DNA of 64,000 nt from positions 10,961-74,960 of the forward strand of contig JAZQCX010000093.1 of the NCBI GenBank assembly GCA_045546495.1. The letters are read 5' to 3'. This DNA is from Acetatifactor sp. (GTDB lineage: Bacteria > Bacillota > Clostridia > Lachnospirales > Lachnospiraceae). The position numbers and the translations under genes are program-made. The notes beneath the pieces are model-generated. The model made no database searches, was not told the DNA's origin, and saw only the letters and a list, made by a program, of their open reading frames with translations. Shown here in pieces: positions 59,758-64,000 of this stretch (positions within the stretch are counted from its first letter, which is position 1; each line of letters opens with the position of its first letter).

Positions 59758-61308
59758 GTGGAGCTGATAAAGAAAAATGTACATATGGACCGTATGAAAG
59801 CCCGGGCGGTTACACAGTTTACATTGGAAGATGATGTGAATATCCCGGACAGCAAGCCGGATGTAAATACCCTGAATCTGGAAAAGGGTGAGCTTGTGAT
59901 TGAGGAAATCAGACCGGGAACGGATGCGGTAACGGTGCGGGGAAGTCTGAAGTATGTAATTTTGTATCATACCATGGAGGAGGGCAGCAGTCTTGTGGTA
60001 CTGGAGGGGAGACTGCCCTTTGAAGAAAAAATAAATCTGCGAGGAGCAACGGCGGCGGATACGGTTGCCATAGAGGGAGAGGTGGAGGACTTAACCACCG
60101 GAATTATCAATTCCCGTAAGCTGAATATCCAGTCCCTGATTACCCTAACGGCACAGATAGAGGAGCTGTATGATGAGGAAATTCCGGTGGAGTTACATGG
60201 CGGAGAGATATGTGAGTACCGGAGAAGAAAGCTGAATATTGCGCAAATTGCCATTTGCAAAAATGATGTGTTCCGGTTGAAGGAGGAAGTTACGTTACCC
60301 TCCAACTATCCCAACATTTACCAGATTCTGTGGGACAACGTATCGCTGGGGGATGTGGAATTTAAGATTCTGGAAGAAAAGATGACGGTGTCCGGGGATG
60401 TGCATGTGTTTGTGCTGTATGAGGGGGAAGGCGAGGAGCACCCGGTGCGCACCTTTGAAACCGCAGTGCCCTTCAGCGGAGTGATCGAATGTCACGGCTG
60501 CAGAGAAGGCATGATTCCCGATATCCGTTATCGCCTGACCCAGAGAGAACTGACCGTGCGCCCGGACTTTGACGGTGAGGAGAGAAGCGTCGGGATTGAA
60601 GTGGTAATGGATATCAACATCCGCATTTATGAAGAGGATAATCCTGAAATTATTTCTGATGTGTACGGCGTTTCCAAGGAAATCAGTACTGTTACAAAGA
60701 AAACGGATTTGCGCAGAATGCTTTCCAGAGTGACCGGAAAGACAAAGCTGACCAGTCGGATTCATGTACCTGCAGGTAGCGTGTTACAGCTCCTGCACAG
60801 CGAGGGAACAGTGAATCAGGAGCAGCAGAGCATTGTGGAAAACGGAATTTTATTACAGGGAAGCATGCTTGTAAAGGTAATGTATATTACGGGAGATGAC
60901 CAGTCTCCGTACGGCTGCGTACAGGAACAGATTCCGTATGAATACACGCTGGATGTACCGGAAATTGCCCCGGAGGATATGGGGAAGGTGCATGCGGAAG
61001 TAGAGCAGCTTCAAGTGACCATGCTGGACGGTGAAGAAATGGATGTAAAGGCGGTATTATGTTTTTCCACTGCGGTATTCAAGCGGATTCCCATGGAACT
61101 AATCAGCGATATAACCGAGACCGAGATTGACAGGGTGAAGCTGAACAATCTGCCCGGAGTTGTGATTTATGTAGTAAAAGAAGGGGATAACCTGTGGAAT
61201 ATCGGAAAGAAATATTATGTGCCTGTGGAAACTCTGCGCCGCTTAAATCAGCTGGAGAGCGATGAACTGGCAATCGGTCAGAAGCTGATGATTGTAAAGG
61301 GAAGCTGA
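59758..61308 (+). CDS. DUF3794 (SPOCS)-repeat protein with a C-terminal LysM domain; sporulation-associated type
   Basis: 516 aa. Repeated beta-rich modules. The C-terminus YVVKEGDNLWNIGKKYYVPVETLRRLNQL...GQKLMIV is a LysM domain. GTG start. Confidence 0.65.
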   Translation: MELIKKNVHMDRMKARAVTQFTLEDDVNIPDSKPDVNTLNLEKGELVIEEIRPGTDAVTVRGSLKYVILYHTMEEGSSLVVLEGRLPFEEKINLRGATAADTVAIEGEVEDLTTGIINSRKLNIQSLITLTAQIEELYDEEIPVELHGGEICEYRRRKLNIAQIAICKNDVFRLKEEVTLPSNYPNIYQILWDNVSLGDVEFKILEEKMTVSGDVHVFVLYEGEGEEHPVRTFETAVPFSGVIECHGCREGMIPDIRYRLTQRELTVRPDFDGEERSVGIEVVMDINIRIYEEDNPEIISDVYGVSKEISTVTKKTDLRRMLSRVTGKTKLTSRIHVPAGSVLQLLHSEGTVNQEQQSIVENGILLQGSMLVKVMYITGDDQSPYGCVQEQIPYEYTLDVPEIAPEDMGKVHAEVEQLQVTMLDGEEMDVKAVLCFSTAVFKRIPMELISDITETEIDRVKLNNLPGVVIYVVKEGDNLWNIGKKYYVPVETLRRLNQLESDELAIGQKLMIVKGS

Positions 61309-61403
61309 CAGGTGACAAAAGAAGCTGAGTCGGAAAGAAAAGATTAAGATACAGAAGTTCCAAAATGGGAATTATGAGATTGGAAATTGAAAAAACAATA
61401 GAA

Positions 61404-61450
61404 AAGGACGCCCGGCCTTGTGGAAGGCAAAAGACGGGCGTCCTTATTTT
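61404..61450. terminator. bidirectional Rho-independent terminator
   Basis: aaggacgcccg (61404-61414) pairs with cgggcgtcctt (61435-61445), with an inner gcctt/aaggc stem. T-rich flanks on both strands. Lies between convergent genes. Confidence 0.75.
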
Positions 61451-61464
61451 AGTTCATGCTTATA

Positions 61465-62094
61465 TTATGCCTTTCCGGAAACCTCTTCGGCAGCTTTCTG
61501 ATTTGCAGCAGCCATATCATCGAAGCCCTTCATAACCGCTTCGTAGGTCTTTGCGGAAATCTCGGGAAGCTCACCGCCCCAGGTCTTTTCAGCCTGTGCG
61601 TAACCCTTCTTGAAGGCTTCGCGCATATCTTCAATCTTATCGGGGTCACCGCCGGTCAGTGCGGTTGCAAAATCCAGAATTCTTTCGGAGGTTGCCTTCA
61701 CGCCCCAATATCCGTCCTCGGCAATGTCAGCCTGTGCCTGCGCTTTGGTGGCAGGGTCAACAGTGAAATTTCCTTCCCGCAGGAAAGCCCAGATGTCGTT
61801 TGCTTTTCCGTAGCTGTCAGCCTGTCCGGAAATTAATTTTTCAACAAGACTGCGCAACTGTGCGGTATGTGCATCAGCATCAGCCTTCAGCTTGTTAATT
61901 AAATTCGTGTCGGGCTTGTAGGTTTTCTTCACAGAGTCGGTAGCCACTTCCTTGGAAGGCTCGTAGACAACGCCGGTCTCGGTAGCGGCAGTGCTGTTGG
62001 TCTTTGCAGCTTCGGTCTTATCAACATTGGTAGTTTCGGCACTGTAGCTGTAAGCGGCAGTTGCCTGGGTAGAAGTAATTCCGTTTACACTCAT
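61465..62094 (-). CDS. hypothetical protein (Thr/Ala-rich N-terminus, helical C-terminal domain)
   Basis: 209 aa from the ATG at 62094 (GAGGGA SD). The track start at 62154 lacks an SD. No TM segment or signal peptide and no motif I recognise. Confidence 0.5.
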   Translation of the reverse strand: MSVNGITSTQATAAYSYSAETTNVDKTEAAKTNSTAATETGVVYEPSKEVATDSVKKTYKPDTNLINKLKADADAHTAQLRSLVEKLISGQADSYGKANDIWAFLREGNFTVDPATKAQAQADIAEDGYWGVKATSERILDFATALTGGDPDKIEDMREAFKKGYAQAEKTWGGELPEISAKTYEAVMKGFDDMAAANQKAAEEVSGKA

Positions 62095-62301
62095 ATTATC
62101 CCTCTTTTCCGGCGTTTTTCGCCTTTGTGCTACGCCTTCCGGCGCATCGTCCATGATTTCTATTCTTTATATCGGCAAGTGAGCGGGAAAGGTTTAGGGG
62201 TGAATTGACAAAATAAGTGTGATTGTATATAATTTAATACAATCCTTGTATACAAAATACAAATCATCTTGATGTGAAAATCCCATTGAACGGAGTATGG
62301 T

Positions 62302-63159
62302 ATGAATCAACTAACCTTAAAGGCTTATGCAAAAGTGAATTTGGGACTGGATGTTATCGGAAAGCTTCCAAACGGGTATCATGAAGTAAAGATGGTGATG
62401 CAGACGGTGGGGATTTACGATGAACTGACGCTTGAAAAGGCGCAGAGCGGAATTGTGGTTACGACAGATTCCGGTGAGCTGCCTACGGATGAGAATAATC
62501 TGATTTATAAAGCGGCAAAGCTGATGCAGGAGAAGTACGGCATCCGTGAGGGTGTGCGGATTCATTTGCAAAAGAACATTCCCATTGCTGCAGGAATGGC
62601 AGGCGGCAGTACGGATGCGGCAGCTACCATGAAGGGTATGAATACGCTGTTTGGATTGGGAGCGGATGCCGCAGAATTGCGGGAAGAGGCAGTGAAGATT
62701 GGCGCGGATGTGCCTTACTGTATTTTAGGCGGTACAGCGTTAGCCGAGGGAATCGGGGAAAAGCTGACGGTGCTTTCTCCCGCACCTGAAATGCACCTGT
62801 TGGTGGCAAAGCCGGACATTAACGTTTCTACGAAATATGTTTATGAGCATTTGGATGCCATGGGAGTGGTGCAGCATCCGGACATCGACGGTATGGTGGA
62901 AGCGATTCGGGTAGGGAGCCTGACGGGCGTGCTGGAGCGTATGGGGAATGTGTTAGAAACAGTTACGGTTACTGCGTATCCGGTGATTGATACAATTAAG
63001 CAGAGGATGAAGGAGTTGGGGGCTCTGAATGCTCTGATGAGCGGTAGCGGACCTACCGTGTTTGGCGTTTTCCCGGATGAGGAGAGCGCAAAGGCAGCTT
63101 ATGAGCAGTTAAAACAGGAAGCACTGGCAAAGCAGATTTTTGTAACTACGTTGGTTTAG
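62302..63159 (+). CDS. ispE: 4-(cytidine 5'-diphospho)-2-C-methyl-D-erythritol kinase
   Basis: AYAKVNLGLDVIGKLPNGYHEV N-terminus and the GHMP kinase motif PIAAGMAGGSTDAAA. Confidence 0.92.
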   Translation: MNQLTLKAYAKVNLGLDVIGKLPNGYHEVKMVMQTVGIYDELTLEKAQSGIVVTTDSGELPTDENNLIYKAAKLMQEKYGIREGVRIHLQKNIPIAAGMAGGSTDAAATMKGMNTLFGLGADAAELREEAVKIGADVPYCILGGTALAEGIGEKLTVLSPAPEMHLLVAKPDINVSTKYVYEHLDAMGVVQHPDIDGMVEAIRVGSLTGVLERMGNVLETVTVTAYPVIDTIKQRMKELGALNALMSGSGPTVFGVFPDEESAKAAYEQLKQEALAKQIFVTTLV

Positions 63160-63183
63160 GTTTTACAGAAAGGCAGAGAAGGT

Positions 63184-63873
63184 ATGCTGGATTATTTACA
63201 GGCGAATATGAATGAGTTTCTTCCCCTGCGGGATGTGGTGTTTAATACGCTGCGACAGGCGATTTTAACGGGAGAGTTAAAGCCCGGCGAGCGCTTGATG
63301 GAGATTCATCTGGCAGATAAGCTGGGGGTGAGCCGGACGCCCATCAGAGAGGCAATCCGGAAGCTGGAGCTGGAGGGACTGGTTACCATGATTCCCAGAC
63401 GCGGCGCGGAGGTGGCGCAGATTACCGAGAAGAGCATGAATGATGTGCTGGAAGTGAGGCGTGCGCTGGATGCGCTGTGCGTAGAGCTGGCATGTGAGCG
63501 GATTACCGAGGAGGGACTTGCTGCGCTGAAGGCGGCCTGTGAGCATTTTGAGGCGGCAATTAAGACGAAGGATGTAAAGGTGATTGCGCAGGCGGATGTG
63601 GCGCTGCATGATATCATTGTGCAGGCTACGGGCAACCAGCGACTGATTCAGCTGGTAAATAATCTGGCAGAGCAGATGTACCGTTATCGTTTTGAATATA
63701 TTAAGGACACCAGTCAGCATACAACCCTGGTGGAGGAGCATAGAATCATTTATGAGAGTATCCTGAAAAAGGATAAAAAGACAGCAGCGCAGGCTGCAAA
63801 GACCCACATTGATAATCAGGAAAAGGCGATTATCCGCCAGATCCGGTTAGACAGACAGGGGTCAAGGCGGTAG
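63184..63873 (+). CDS. GntR-family transcriptional regulator (FadR/FCD subfamily)
   Basis: The N-terminal GntR winged HTH (LADKLGVSRTPIREAIRKLELEGLV) is followed by an all-helical FCD-like domain. Confidence 0.85.
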   Translation: MLDYLQANMNEFLPLRDVVFNTLRQAILTGELKPGERLMEIHLADKLGVSRTPIREAIRKLELEGLVTMIPRRGAEVAQITEKSMNDVLEVRRALDALCVELACERITEEGLAALKAACEHFEAAIKTKDVKVIAQADVALHDIIVQATGNQRLIQLVNNLAEQMYRYRFEYIKDTSQHTTLVEEHRIIYESILKKDKKTAAQAAKTHIDNQEKAIIRQIRLDRQGSRR

Positions 63874-63957
63874 ACCAAGGCGCGGAAGCTAAAAAAAGAT
63901 ATCGTTTAGAACAGGAAAAAATTGGAAATCCTCTCTAAGTGAAAGAGAGGTTATTCC

Positions 63958-64000
63958 ATGAAAAAGAAATTTATTTCATTACGGATTATAGTAGGAATGT
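63958..64000 (+). CDS. 5' end of an unidentified CDS, truncated by the window edge (MKKKFISLRIIVGM...)
   Basis: ATG at 63958 with an AGAGAGG SD 7 nt upstream. Only 14 codons are visible. Confidence 0.3.
   Translation, partial: MKKKFISLRIIVGM

Overview
This looks like a chromosomal segment of a spore-forming Firmicute, with Clostridia/Lachnospiraceae-like gene content and strong GGAGG-type ribosome-binding sites. I call about 50 protein-coding genes. I found no rRNA, tRNA, CRISPR array, integrase or transposase.

The backbone is conserved housekeeping and sporulation genes: prs, a dnaD-like/dnaI-like helicase-loader pair, murC, glgC-glgD, spoVG, pth-mfd, spoVT, ileS behind an Ile T-box leader, glgP, aconitase, ddl-murF, plsC, pyrC-pyrK-pyrD, ispE and a GntR regulator.

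Two accessory modules sit inside this backbone:
- A roughly 12-kb carbohydrate-utilisation locus (9.4-21.3 kb) lies between spoVG and pth. It holds a LplABC-type ABC importer, a FG-GAP beta-propeller protein, an unassigned large putative glycosidase, a GH28 enzyme and a SGNH esterase.
- A module at 25.8-31.3 kb lies between mfd and spoVT. It holds a PfkB sugar kinase, a polytopic membrane protein, a membrane-anchored XRE regulator and a truncated UvrA paralog.

Other content includes a divergent GGDEF pair, a SseB-like protein next to a protein with EF-hand-like loops, and a cell-wall neighbourhood with a fully degenerate LytM protein and a GH9-like lipoprotein.

I see no obvious new multi-gene system such as a defence island. 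The signals most worth follow-up are mostly non-coding:
- a seven-box DnaA-box cluster upstream of the helicase-loader operon;
- an exact 15-mer, GTTCTCGGAATGGAG, that overlaps the SD of three unrelated genes;
- long C-poor, GGA-dense intergenic spacers with 33-63-nt tandem repeats in the sugar locus and the pyr operon;
- structured leaders in front of the SseB-like and EF-hand-like genes;
- two candidate unassigned carbohydrate-active enzymes.

All family assignments come from motif recognition by eye. No database search was run.
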